This document shows, one piece after another, positions 1-8,977 of a DNA stretch of 64,000 nucleotides (within the stretch, counting starts at the first letter, position 1; the number at the start of each line of letters is the position of its first letter). This stretch comes from Rhodoferax sp. (GTDB lineage Bacteria > Pseudomonadota > Gammaproteobacteria > Burkholderiales > Burkholderiaceae_C). The DNA is taken from positions 31,776 to 95,775 of the forward strand of contig JARWZT010000004.1 in NCBI GenBank assembly GCA_029866205.1. The letters run 5' to 3'. The notes under the pieces were generated by a model. It saw only the letters and a program-made list of their open reading frames with translations. It was not told where the DNA came from and did not search any database. Both the position numbers and the translations under genes were made by a program.

Positions 1-283
1 TGGGCCGGGCAATCAGCATCTGCAGGCCGTACGACGCGCGCCCGAGCTCGCGCTCCATCAGGGTGATACTGAAATTGTCGAGCCCGCCGCCGCCGAGTTC
101 GGCCGGCATATTGGCCGCGTAAAGACCGACCTCAATTGCCTTGGCCTGGATGGATTGCACCAACTCCGGGGGCACCGCGTCCAGACGCTCGACCTCGTCC
201 TCAAACGGGTAGAGCTCTTTTTCGACAAAAGCACGCACCGTGTCGACGATCATGGTCTGTTCGCTGCTGAGTTGGAAATGCAT
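1..283 (-). CDS. acyl-CoA dehydrogenase, N-terminal part (gene continues beyond window start)
   Basis: Minus-strand translation from the ATG at 283 reads MHFQLSSEQTMIVDTVRAFVEKELYPFEDEVERLD...GLYAANMPAELGGGG, a typical ACAD N-terminal helical domain. Truncated by the window edge. Confidence 0.6.
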   Translation of the reverse strand, partial: MHFQLSSEQTMIVDTVRAFVEKELYPFEDEVERLDAVPPELVQSIQAKAIEVGLYAANMPAELGGGGLDNFSITLMERELGRASYGLQMLIARP

Positions 284-338
284 GTCAGGATCTTTCAGAA
301 AGGAAGGGGTTGCGCCGGCGCGTGTTCTGGTGCTGTGG

Positions 339-914
339 TCAGGCCGTTTTTCGGCGGATGCCCATGGGCTTACCCACCTGGGGCGGCGTGGGTAAACTGG
401 CGTGGGCCTGTGCAATGGACCGCACCCGCGCCTGCAAATCTGCGGGCATGGGCGCCGCGCGGCCCTGCGCCATGTCCACGTGCACCAGCATTTGTTCGGC
501 AGTGGCCAGCAGGTCGCCCGATGTGCCGTGGTACATCGAGTGAAAGATGTGCACGCGTTTCTCGTCAAAGTCGAGCAATTGCAAGGTCAATCGCAGGGGT
601 TCGCCCTCGGCCACCTCCTGGATATTGTGGATATGGGTTTCCACCGTGTACAGAGACTGTCCGCCTTGGTCACGGTAGGCCTCATCAATGCCGATGAAGC
701 GAAACACCGCGTCCGAATTGTCACCAAACACCAGCAAATAACACGATTCGCTCATGTGGCCGTTGTAGTCGACCCATGCGGGCAAGACCGTGGGACGGTA
801 CATGCACAGGGGCGCGTCGATGGGCGCTGCCGGGTCCCAGGGGGGCGCGGGCGTTCCTTCGAGCGGCGTACTCAGGCCATGCGGTTTTTTGGGCGGAGTG
901 TCAGAAGCAGTCAT
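339..914 (-). CDS. hotdog-fold (4HBT-type) acyl-CoA thioesterase, paralogue 1
   Basis: 191-aa ORF with WVDYNGHMSESCYLLVF...YTVETHIHNIQEV, the pattern of 4-hydroxybenzoyl-CoA thioesterase-like proteins. Paralogous to 2066..2572. Confidence 0.6.
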   Translation of the reverse strand: MTASDTPPKKPHGLSTPLEGTPAPPWDPAAPIDAPLCMYRPTVLPAWVDYNGHMSESCYLLVFGDNSDAVFRFIGIDEAYRDQGGQSLYTVETHIHNIQEVAEGEPLRLTLQLLDFDEKRVHIFHSMYHGTSGDLLATAEQMLVHVDMAQGRAAPMPADLQARVRSIAQAHASLPTPPQVGKPMGIRRKTA

Positions 915-934
915 GAAGTAAGAAGTTTCAGGTT

Positions 935-2056
935 TCAGCTTGGGGCCAGCAGCACGATTTTTCCCACAAAATTTTTCGCGCTAAAAGTCGCTTGGGCCTG
1001 GGCGATATCGCGCAGCGCAAAAGTGCGGGCTACGACCGGCGCAATCTCGCCGCGCTCGATATAGCCCACCAGATTGTCAAAAATGCGGTCCTCCTGAAAG
1101 GTGCATCCCACCAGCGTCAGGTCTTTGAGGTAGAGGGTGCGCAAGTCAAGGGCGACCATCGGCCCGGCAATCGCACCCGAGGTGGCGTAGCGCCCGCCGC
1201 GCCTGAGCACATCCAGCAACGTGGGCCACTGGGCACCTCCTACCAGGTCGATCACCACGTCCACGCTGTCGGCGCCCACGGCCTGCGACAAATCCGCACC
1301 GCGCGCCACGCATTCGCTGGCGCCCAAAGCGCGTACCGCGGCGTGCTTGTCAGCGCCCGCCACGGCAACCACCTGGGCGCCCCGGCGGTGCGCGAGCTGC
1401 ACCGCCGCACTGCCGACGCCGCCCGAGGCACCCGTCACCAGCACCCGTTCACCGGCTTTCACGCCGGCGCGGTCCACCAGGTTTTCGGCCGTCGAATAGG
1501 CACAGGGAAAAGACGCGAGTTCGGCGTCACTCAACGGGCTGTGCACCGCCACCGCAGCGTCCGCAGGGACCCGGGTGTATTGGGCAAAGCCGCCATCGCA
1601 TTCGGAGCCAAAGTAGCCGCAGGCATACGGGCGGTAGCCGGCATAAGCTCGCAAAATGGGCCGCACCAGCACGCGCTGGCCCACCCGCGCGGCATCAACA
1701 CCCGGGCCCACCGCCGCAATGTGGCCGCAGCAGTCGGCGCCCTGGATACGCGGAAACACCATGGGCGTACCGCCCCAACTGGGGTCTTGGTCTTGTTCGT
1801 CATCAAACGCGGCTCCACCGTCTTCGGTGGCGCTGGCTGTTGTCTTGGAATACCAGCCGACGCGGGTGTTGATGTCGGTGTTGTTGACCGCACTGGCCGC
1901 CACTCGGATCAGCACCTCCCCTTCGCGCGGCAGGGGTAGCGGCAAGTCGTGTCGGTACTGCAGTACCTCGGGCCCGCCAAACGCGGTCAGCACCACCCCC
2001 TGCATGGTGGCCGGCAAGGGGGAGCTCGTAGCGATGGTGACGGGTGCAACGGTCAT
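935..2056 (-). CDS. MDR-family zinc-type alcohol dehydrogenase / quinone oxidoreductase
   Basis: 373-aa ORF with GEVLIRVAASAVNNTD, VLVTGASGGVGSAAVQLA (Rossmann GxGxxG) and C-terminal GKIVLL, typical of the medium-chain dehydrogenase/reductase family. Confidence 0.7.
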   Translation of the reverse strand: MTVAPVTIATSSPLPATMQGVVLTAFGGPEVLQYRHDLPLPLPREGEVLIRVAASAVNNTDINTRVGWYSKTTASATEDGGAAFDDEQDQDPSWGGTPMVFPRIQGADCCGHIAAVGPGVDAARVGQRVLVRPILRAYAGYRPYACGYFGSECDGGFAQYTRVPADAAVAVHSPLSDAELASFPCAYSTAENLVDRAGVKAGERVLVTGASGGVGSAAVQLAHRRGAQVVAVAGADKHAAVRALGASECVARGADLSQAVGADSVDVVIDLVGGAQWPTLLDVLRRGGRYATSGAIAGPMVALDLRTLYLKDLTLVGCTFQEDRIFDNLVGYIERGEIAPVVARTFALRDIAQAQATFSAKNFVGKIVLLAPS

Positions 2057-2065
2057 GAGGTCAGG

Positions 2066-2572
2066 CTATTTGGCCAGCGGCAGGGCCATGACCCGCCCCA
2101 CCTGCGCTGGGCGCGGCAGCGGCGCATGCAAGGCGGCCAGCGGCTGCAGGTAAGCCGCCACCTGGGGCGCAAACACGGTGGCACGCGGACCGGCCATGTC
2201 CACGTTCAGCAGCATCTGCTCGGTCAGCGCCAGCAACTGCGTGCCGCCCACCGGGTACAGGCCCAAGGCGACGTGCAGGCGCTTGGCGTCCAGACCCAGA
2301 ATCTGGAGTCGCACCTCGACGGATGCGCCCTGCTTGACCTCGTGCAGGTAATTGATGTGCGCCTCCAGGGTGAACCACGAATGCCCTGTGGCCTTGCGCC
2401 CGGCCTCGTCCAAGCCCGCCAAATCCATCAGCGCGTCTACTGCGCTGCTGAACAGCACCATGTAATAGCCGTCGCGCAGGTGGCCATTGAAGTCAACCCA
2501 CTCGGCACCGATGGTGCAGCGGTAAACCACGGGCAAGGCCGTGGCCTTGGCCAGCTCAGGCATCGGGCGCAA
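2066..2572 (-). CDS. hotdog-fold thioesterase, paralogue 2 (betainyl-CoA thioesterase-like by context)
   Basis: 168-aa ORF with [17 protein letters not shown]...[13 protein letters not shown]. Its start overlaps the end of the upstream dehydrogenase gene, suggesting an operon. The start could instead be Met4 at 2563. Confidence 0.6.
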   Translation of the reverse strand: MRPMPELAKATALPVVYRCTIGAEWVDFNGHLRDGYYMVLFSSAVDALMDLAGLDEAGRKATGHSWFTLEAHINYLHEVKQGASVEVRLQILGLDAKRLHVALGLYPVGGTQLLALTEQMLLNVDMAGPRATVFAPQVAAYLQPLAALHAPLPRPAQVGRVMALPLAK

Positions 2573-3521
2573 TTCCGTGCTTGATTTTGGTGTTCCGGAT
2601 GGCCTCTTGCACCGCCATCAGGCAGTCGTCGCGGTAGCGTTCCCAGTCGGCAATGCTGCGGGTGCCGAGCTGTTCGACGCTGCCTTCAGCTACCGCATCG
2701 AGCAGCGAATCGGTGAGCTCGGGCGCCTCCAGCTTGGTCCAGGGCAACTTGAGCGCGGGGCCAAACTGGGCCATGAAATGGCGCATACCCGCGTCGCCGC
2801 CCGCCAGCGTGTAGATCAAAAAACTGCCCATGAAAGACCAGCGCATGCCCGCGCCAAAGCGAATGGCATCGTCAATCTCACCGGTGGTGGCCACGCCGTC
2901 GTTGACCAGATGCAGCGACTCGCGCCACATGGCCTCCAACAACCGATCGGCGATAAAGCCGGGCACCTCTTTGCGCACATGCAGGGGGCGCATACCCAAG
3001 GACCGGTAGACCTGCATGGCGGCCTGCACTGCCTCAGGCGCCGTATTGACGCCACCGACCACTTCCACGAGCGGCAGCAGATACACCGGGTTGAACGGGT
3101 GACCGACCACGCAGCGCTCAGGGTGCTGGGAGTTGGCATAAAAGTCGGTGGGCAAGAGGCCTGACGTGCTCGAACCAATCAGCACATCGGGGCGCGCTGC
3201 CGCGGTGATTTGGGCATGCAGCGCCAGCTTCAGGTCCTGGCGCTCCGGCGCGCTTTCCTGGATGAAGTCGGCGTGCGCCACGCATTCTTCGACGGTGGCA
3301 ACGAACTTCAGGCGGTCTTGGGAGGCGCCCGGTGCCAGCCCCTGTGCGGTGAGCGCGCCCCAGGCTTTGGCGGTGCGTTCGCGCAAGGCCGCCTCAGCGC
3401 CAGGGGCCGGGTCCCAGGCGATCACGTCCAGGCCGTGGGCCAGGGCGCGCGCCACCCAGCCGCTGCCGATGACGCCGGTGCCCAGGGCTGCAAAGGTTTT
3501 GATGTCGGTATTGAAGTTCAT
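2556..3521 (-). CDS. lcdH: L-carnitine dehydrogenase (3-hydroxyacyl-CoA dehydrogenase family)
   Basis: The internal ATG at 3521 gives 321 aa, [27 protein letters not shown]...[18 protein letters not shown]...FIADRL. NAD-binding HCDH fold; sits next to BKACE and thioesterase genes as in carnitine loci. The long upstream extension of the ORF (to 3932) is Arg/Gly/His-rich and overlaps the BKACE gene, so it was discarded. Confidence 0.75.
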   Translation of the reverse strand: MNFNTDIKTFAALGTGVIGSGWVARALAHGLDVIAWDPAPGAEAALRERTAKAWGALTAQGLAPGASQDRLKFVATVEECVAHADFIQESAPERQDLKLALHAQITAAARPDVLIGSSTSGLLPTDFYANSQHPERCVVGHPFNPVYLLPLVEVVGGVNTAPEAVQAAMQVYRSLGMRPLHVRKEVPGFIADRLLEAMWRESLHLVNDGVATTGEIDDAIRFGAGMRWSFMGSFLIYTLAGGDAGMRHFMAQFGPALKLPWTKLEAPELTDSLLDAVAEGSVEQLGTRSIADWERYRDDCLMAVQEAIRNTKIKHGIAPDA

Positions 3522-3562
3522 GGTGTGTTGTACGTTGGTGGTTATTGCGAACAGGCGAGGGA

Positions 3563-4450
3563 TCAGCCGCGCTTTTTGAGGCCCATTTTTTCGCGGCCTT
3601 GGGCCGGGGTCATGGGCGTGCTGCCCAAGCGGGTGATGATTTCCACCACGCGTTCGGTGAGCGAACCATTGGTGGCCAGCACCCCTTTGTCGAGCCACAG
3701 GTTGTCTTCCAGGCCCACACGCACATTGCCACCGAGCAACATGGCCTGCGCGGCCATCGGCATTTGCGTGCGGCCAATGCCAAAGCCCGACCACACTACG
3801 CCCGGCGGCAGGTTGTCGACCATGGCTTTCATGGTGGTGGTGTCGGCCGGTGCGCCCCAGGGAATGCCCAGGCAGAGTTGGAACAGCGGGTTGTCGAGCA
3901 AGCCCTCTTTCATCATCTGCTTGGCAAACCACAGGTGGCCGGTGTCAAAAATCTCCAGTTCGGCTTTCACACCCAGCTCGGTAATACGCTTGGCCCCGGC
4001 GCGCAGCGCCACCGGGGTGGACACGTAAATCGTGTCGCCGTCGCCAAAGTTCAGCGTGCCGCAGTCCAAGGTGCAGATCTCGGGCAGCAGTTGCTCCACA
4101 TGAATGAGCCGCGCCATCGGGCCAATCAGGTCGGTATTGGGACCAAAGCGGGTCGGCGTCTCACCCGGGCCAATTTCCAGGTCGCCGCCCATGCCGGCGG
4201 TCAGGTTGACGATGATGTCCACGCCAGAGTCGCGGATGCGGTCCATCACCTCGGCATACAAAGCCGGGTCGCGGCTGAACTGGCCGGTCTCGGGGTTGCG
4301 CACGTGGCAGTGCACCACCGTGGCACCGGCCTTGGCCGCTTCCACGGCGGCCGCAGCGATTTGCGTGGGGGTGACGGGCACATGCGGGCTCTTGCCAGCG
4401 GTGTCTCCAGCGCCGGTCAGGGCGCAGGTAATGATGACGTTGGGGTTCAT
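3563..4450 (-). CDS. beta-keto acid cleavage enzyme (BKACE / DUF849, 3-keto-5-aminohexanoate cleavage enzyme family); dehydrocarnitine cleavage by context
   Basis: 295 aa, [17 protein letters not shown]...[25 protein letters not shown], the hallmark BKACE N-terminus. ATGA overlap with the upstream aldolase-like gene. Confidence 0.8.
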   Translation of the reverse strand: MNPNVIITCALTGAGDTAGKSPHVPVTPTQIAAAAVEAAKAGATVVHCHVRNPETGQFSRDPALYAEVMDRIRDSGVDIIVNLTAGMGGDLEIGPGETPTRFGPNTDLIGPMARLIHVEQLLPEICTLDCGTLNFGDGDTIYVSTPVALRAGAKRITELGVKAELEIFDTGHLWFAKQMMKEGLLDNPLFQLCLGIPWGAPADTTTMKAMVDNLPPGVVWSGFGIGRTQMPMAAQAMLLGGNVRVGLEDNLWLDKGVLATNGSLTERVVEIITRLGSTPMTPAQGREKMGLKKRG

Positions 4451-5190
4451 GTTTTGTACTCCGGTTCTTCGTGGTCAAGGATGTCTTTGAGCGCCGCAAA
4501 GTGCAGCGCGCTAAAGGCGGTGGGGTAATCGTTCCACTGGGCGCAGGCCAGCGTGGCCAGCGGCTCAGCAATCAGCGCCAGCGGCCGCCCGGTGGACAGG
4601 GCCAGCACTTGCAACTTGGCGGCTTTTTCCAGGTAATACAGTTCGTCCAGGGCCTGCGCCACAGTGGGGCCGACCACAATCACGCCATGGTTGCCCATGA
4701 ACAGCACGCTTTTGTCAGCCCCCAGCAGGCCGGCGACGCGCTGGCCCTCCGAGGCCTCCAGCGCCATCCCGGCGTAATCGCGGTCGTAGGCGATGCGGCC
4801 GTGGAACCGGCAGGCGTTTTGGTCGAGGGCCAGCCATTCAAAGTCTTGCAGGCAGCACAGGGTGGTGGCGTAGGGCATGTGCGTGTGCAAAATGCAGCGC
4901 GCTTGGGGCAAACGTTGGTGCAGCTCAGCGTGCAGATACCAAGCGGTGGGGTCTGCAGCCGGGTTGACGGGTGCGCCTGCCGACTGCCGGGCGTCCAAGC
5001 GCAGCAAGTCGCTGGCCCGGAGCCGCGAGAAATGGCTGCCCGCCGGGTTCAGCAGAAACTCTGTGCCGTCGTCGCTCAGAGCCAGACTGAAATGGTTGGC
5101 AATGGACTCGTGCAGGTCCCAGCGCGCGGCCCAGCGGAAGGCAGCCGCCAGATCCATGCGGGCTATCGTCTCGTCGAGTCGTGCGGTCAT
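4447..5190 (-). CDS. class II aldolase/adducin-domain protein
   Basis: The ATG at 5190 gives 247 aa with [10 protein letters not shown]...[25 protein letters not shown], typical of the class II aldolase/adducin family. Translationally coupled to the BKACE gene. Confidence 0.7.
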   Translation of the reverse strand: MTARLDETIARMDLAAAFRWAARWDLHESIANHFSLALSDDGTEFLLNPAGSHFSRLRASDLLRLDARQSAGAPVNPAADPTAWYLHAELHQRLPQARCILHTHMPYATTLCCLQDFEWLALDQNACRFHGRIAYDRDYAGMALEASEGQRVAGLLGADKSVLFMGNHGVIVVGPTVAQALDELYYLEKAAKLQVLALSTGRPLALIAEPLATLACAQWNDYPTAFSALHFAALKDILDHEEPEYKT

Positions 5191-5487
5191 GTGTCCAGTC
5201 GTGGAAGGTGTGCCATTCTGATGGCGCACTGTAGCCCGCAAGTGCGCGGATTTATGGCACAAGACCGACGTTTTTTCGGCTTTTTACGACAATATTCCTG
5301 AACCACTGCGCACCACGTCGCAGCTTGCAGGCAACCGCCGACCGCGCTTGATGGCGCCACGCGGGTCTTCGCATGCGCTGATCGTCTTATGCTCTTACCA
5401 AGGTCGCTTTTGGGCCACAGGCCGACGCTGCGTTGTGTCACTATCCGTGCCTTCACTCAAATACCCCGTTTTTTGGCGCGCCGCACT

Positions 5488-6765
5488 ATGAACACCCCTA
5501 GCAATAAATCACTCACCTGGCCGCTGGCTTCGCTGCTGAGCGGCGTGAGCATGCTGGTGGTGGGTATTGCGCTGCTGACGGTAGCCATTGGTGCCCAAGC
5601 CGGTTTGGCAAAGTACTCGGGGCTGGTGACCGGCATGATCATGTCGGCCTACTTCGCCGGCTTTGTCTACGGCACGTACGCCTGCCCCTTGCTGATTCGG
5701 CGGGTTGGCTACATCCGCGCATTTGCGGTGATGGCGTCGGTGGCGTCGGCCGTGCCGGTGTTGCACGCCATTTGGACCAATCCCTGGTTTTGGGGACTGC
5801 TGCGCTTTGTGACCGGCGTGTGCATTGTGGGTTTGTATGTGGTGATCGAGAGCTGGCTCAACGTGGTGGCCGACAAGGAGAGCCGGGGCAAGGTGTTTGC
5901 GGCCTACATGGCGGTCAGCGGCGTGTCCACCGCCTTGGGCCAGTGGCTCATTTTGGCGGGCGACCGCTTCGGTTTTGTGCCTTTCGCGCTGGTCTCCATC
6001 CTTTTTTCGTTTGCCCTGATACCCACCACGCTGACGACCATCCGAGAGCCGCGCCAGACCAAAGCGCCTTCGATGAACCTGATCGCGTTGTTTGCGATTT
6101 CGCCGATCGGCGCCATCGCATCGCTGGGCTCCGGGCTGATCAACGGCACGTTTTACAGCCTGGGCAACGTGTTTGGCCAGGGCGTGGGTTTTAGTGACAA
6201 CCGCACAGCGGCGTTTATGGCCATCACGATTTTGAGTGGCGCCGCTTTTCAATGGCCCGTGGGGCATTTGTCCGACCGCTACGACCGGCGCTGGATTCTG
6301 TTCTGGATTTGCGTGGCGTCGGCCGGACTGGCGGCGGTTGGGTTTTACCTGGCGCGCGAGTACGAAAATTTTCTGATCCTGCTGGGCGTGCTCTACGGCG
6401 CCCTGTCTTTTGCCATTTACGGGCTGAGCGTGGCACACACCAACGACCTGATTGAGCCGTCCAAGGTGCTGGAAGCGACCGGCGGCCTGCTGCTGCTGTA
6501 CGGCATTGGTGCCACCCTGGGCCCCACTTTGGCCGGGGGACTGATGGACGTGCTGGGCCCCGAGAGCCTGATGCTGTATTTTTCTCTGGTGCTGACGGCG
6601 CTGGCCGCCATCGTCTGGCACTTCACCCGCCAACAAAAGCGTTTAGCGCGCATGCCCGCGCACCGTGCCGATTACGTGATGATGGACGCCAGCTCGCAAG
6701 CCGTGCTGCAAATGGACCCGCGTAACGCATCAGATCCCGACGCGAAGGACACTTCAATTACATAA
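5488..6765 (+). CDS. MFS transporter
   Basis: ATG at 5488 (MNTPSNKSLTWPL...). About 12 hydrophobic segments and an MFS loop motif (RRVGYIRAF). Divergent from the catabolic operon. Confidence 0.75.
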   Translation: MNTPSNKSLTWPLASLLSGVSMLVVGIALLTVAIGAQAGLAKYSGLVTGMIMSAYFAGFVYGTYACPLLIRRVGYIRAFAVMASVASAVPVLHAIWTNPWFWGLLRFVTGVCIVGLYVVIESWLNVVADKESRGKVFAAYMAVSGVSTALGQWLILAGDRFGFVPFALVSILFSFALIPTTLTTIREPRQTKAPSMNLIALFAISPIGAIASLGSGLINGTFYSLGNVFGQGVGFSDNRTAAFMAITILSGAAFQWPVGHLSDRYDRRWILFWICVASAGLAAVGFYLAREYENFLILLGVLYGALSFAIYGLSVAHTNDLIEPSKVLEATGGLLLLYGIGATLGPTLAGGLMDVLGPESLMLYFSLVLTALAAIVWHFTRQQKRLARMPAHRADYVMMDASSQAVLQMDPRNASDPDAKDTSIT

Positions 6766-6829
6766 ATTGCCCGACGCCGGATGCGCCGTAGCCAGGGCGC
6801 CTCGCGTTTAGCATCGCAGCCACAGGCTT

Positions 6830-8005
6830 TTGCCCTGGCTATCGTGCACCCCTACCTCCAAGAGAACGTTTGCTTTGCTCGCTATTGAAATCAACCCCAC
6901 CAATTCCCGGCCCCAAATCCTGCTCAAACGTGGCACCAGCCACACCACCACGCTCCCGGCCTTGTGGCTACGTGCCCGCAGCCACCACCCCAGCCAGCGC
7001 GATGCGGTGACCGGCCAGCGTCTGGTCAACCCGCACCAGTTGCCCACCGACCTGCACCTGACCCAAGCCACCTGGAAACCGGCCCAAGACGCCACGAAAG
7101 CGCAGTTGCACCTGGCGTTCAGTGACGGCTTTGCGGGCGACTTTGATCCTCAAGAGCTGATCGCAGGCACCGTGATCTCGGAAGAATGCCCGGACCCCCA
7201 ACCCTGGACCTCTGATCTGTCGCCCCAGCCCGTTTATGCCTGGGACGAGCTGGCGCAGGACGCGGTGCTGCACCGTGCGCTGCGCGACTTCATTACCCGT
7301 GGCTTTGTACTGGTGCACGGCAGCCCCATCGAGACCGATTCGCTGCTGACCGTGGCACGGCGCTTTGGCTATGTACGCGACACCAACTTTGGGGCGTTTT
7401 TTGAGGTCTATTCGCGCCCGGGCTCCAACGACCTGGCCTACCGCCCGGTGTCTCTGGGGCCGCATACCGACAACCCTTACCGCACGCCGGTACCCGGCAT
7501 CCAGGTGCTGCAATGCCTGCAAAACGAAACCTTGGGCGGCCTGTCCACCCTGGTGGACAGTTTGGCCGTGGCCGCCCAGGTGCGTGCCGAAGACCCGGAA
7601 GGCTTCGCGTTGCTGAGCAGCGTGCCCGTGCGCTTTGAATACCGCGACGGCGACAAAGCCCACTTGGTGGCAGTCACCCCTCTGATTGAGCTTGACGGGC
7701 TGGGCAATATGACGGGTGTGCACTACAGCCCGCGCCTGGACGACATTCCGCTCATGTCCGAGGCCGACACCCAGCGTTACCACGCTGCGCGCAAGCGGCT
7801 GGGGGAGCTGTTTGAAGACCCCCGCTACGAACTGCGCTTTCGGCTGGACCCGGGCTGGTTCATGATGTTTGACAACAACCGTGTCTTGCATGGCCGCACG
7901 GCGTTTGACCCGTCCGAGGGTCACCGCCAATTGCAAGGCTGCTACATTGATCGCGATGGCCCGCGCAGCACCTACCGGGTACTGAGCCGCCGCTTTGGGG
8001 CCTGA
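6830..8005 (+). CDS. Fe(II)/2-oxoglutarate dioxygenase of the gamma-butyrobetaine hydroxylase (BBOX)/TmpA family
   Basis: Contains LGPHTDNPY (HxD facial triad), NNRVLHGRTAF (distal His + 2OG-binding Arg) and an N-terminal DUF971-like segment. Start uncertain (TTG/GTG options downstream of 6830). Confidence 0.75.
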   Translation: MPWLSCTPTSKRTFALLAIEINPTNSRPQILLKRGTSHTTTLPALWLRARSHHPSQRDAVTGQRLVNPHQLPTDLHLTQATWKPAQDATKAQLHLAFSDGFAGDFDPQELIAGTVISEECPDPQPWTSDLSPQPVYAWDELAQDAVLHRALRDFITRGFVLVHGSPIETDSLLTVARRFGYVRDTNFGAFFEVYSRPGSNDLAYRPVSLGPHTDNPYRTPVPGIQVLQCLQNETLGGLSTLVDSLAVAAQVRAEDPEGFALLSSVPVRFEYRDGDKAHLVAVTPLIELDGLGNMTGVHYSPRLDDIPLMSEADTQRYHAARKRLGELFEDPRYELRFRLDPGWFMMFDNNRVLHGRTAFDPSEGHRQLQGCYIDRDGPRSTYRVLSRRFGA

Positions 8006-8046
8006 GCCCTGTCCGTTTGAACCCCACTTTTGATTGAGGCTCCACC

Positions 8047-8622
8047 ATGAAGCAGGTTGCATTCACCCAGATGAAAGACGGCACGGCCGAGGAATACCAG
8101 TTCTTGCAGACATTGGAGCACGGCTACATTCGCGCACTGCCGGATCGCCTGCTGAGCGCGCTGGAAGGTCTGGGCGACTCGCTGCAGGGCTACCAGATCA
8201 GCCGACTGGAACACTCCTTGCAAAGCGCCACCCGTGCAGAGGCCGACGGCGCTGATCTGGAGATGGTGGTGGCCGCCCTGGTGCACGACATTGGCGACGC
8301 GCTGGCGCCCGAAAACCACTCCCAAATGGCCGCCGCTATTCTGCGCCCCTATGTGCGCGCCGAGGTGACCTGGGTGATTGAAATGCACGGCCTGTTTCAG
8401 ATGAAGTACTACGCCCACCATTACGGCAACAACCCTGACGGCTACCTGGCCTACGCCGATCACCCTTGGTTTGACAGTTGCACCCGCTTTTGCGAACGCT
8501 ACGACCAAGCGGCCTTTGACCCGGCCTACCCCACCAAACCGCTGTCCTACTTTGCGCCCATGCTGCGCGAGGTGTTTGGGCGCAAGGGGTTTGATCCGGC
8601 GGTGCTTAAAGAGCCTGTTTAA
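8047..8622 (+). CDS. HD-domain diiron oxygenase of the PhnZ/TmpB family
   Basis: 191 aa with ISRLEHSLQSATRAEADGADLEMVVAALVHDIGD, then NHSQMAA, IEMHG and ERYDQAAFD. This is the H...HD...H...H...D ligand order seen in PhnZ-like mixed-valent diiron oxygenases. Lies 41 nt downstream of the BBOX-like gene. Confidence 0.7.
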   Translation: MKQVAFTQMKDGTAEEYQFLQTLEHGYIRALPDRLLSALEGLGDSLQGYQISRLEHSLQSATRAEADGADLEMVVAALVHDIGDALAPENHSQMAAAILRPYVRAEVTWVIEMHGLFQMKYYAHHYGNNPDGYLAYADHPWFDSCTRFCERYDQAAFDPAYPTKPLSYFAPMLREVFGRKGFDPAVLKEPV

Positions 8623-8685
8623 AAACGGTACGAGGCCCAGTCCTCCGAGAAAACGTCCAGCAATACGCATGACATACTCCCGCCT

Positions 8686-8925
8686 ATGCGCTTGGAGTTC
8701 CACCCTGCCAATCCTCCCTACATTGCCCTTTGTGGTGCGATAGTTTTGTTGGGTGCCTGCGCGCAAATGCCACAGGTCTATTCAGAGCTCCCTTGGAAAG
8801 ACCTGCGAGGCAGCAGGGGAGATCAGGTCATGGCTCGCGACTTTGAAATGTGCGAAAAATTGGTTGAGCAACGCAGCCAACTGAAGGGCTGCATGGCTTC
8901 GCAGGGCTGGGAAATTACCCCTTAG
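8686..8925 (+). CDS. small putative lipoprotein
   Basis: 79 aa with a signal peptide and lipobox (IVLLGAC). Sits in a locally AT-richer spacer. No family recognised. Confidence 0.4.
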   Translation: MRLEFHPANPPYIALCGAIVLLGACAQMPQVYSELPWKDLRGSRGDQVMARDFEMCEKLVEQRSQLKGCMASQGWEITP

Positions 8926-8977
8926 AACCAGCGCAAACCTACCCACACCGCCCTCGTGACAATGCCTAGGTATTTTT

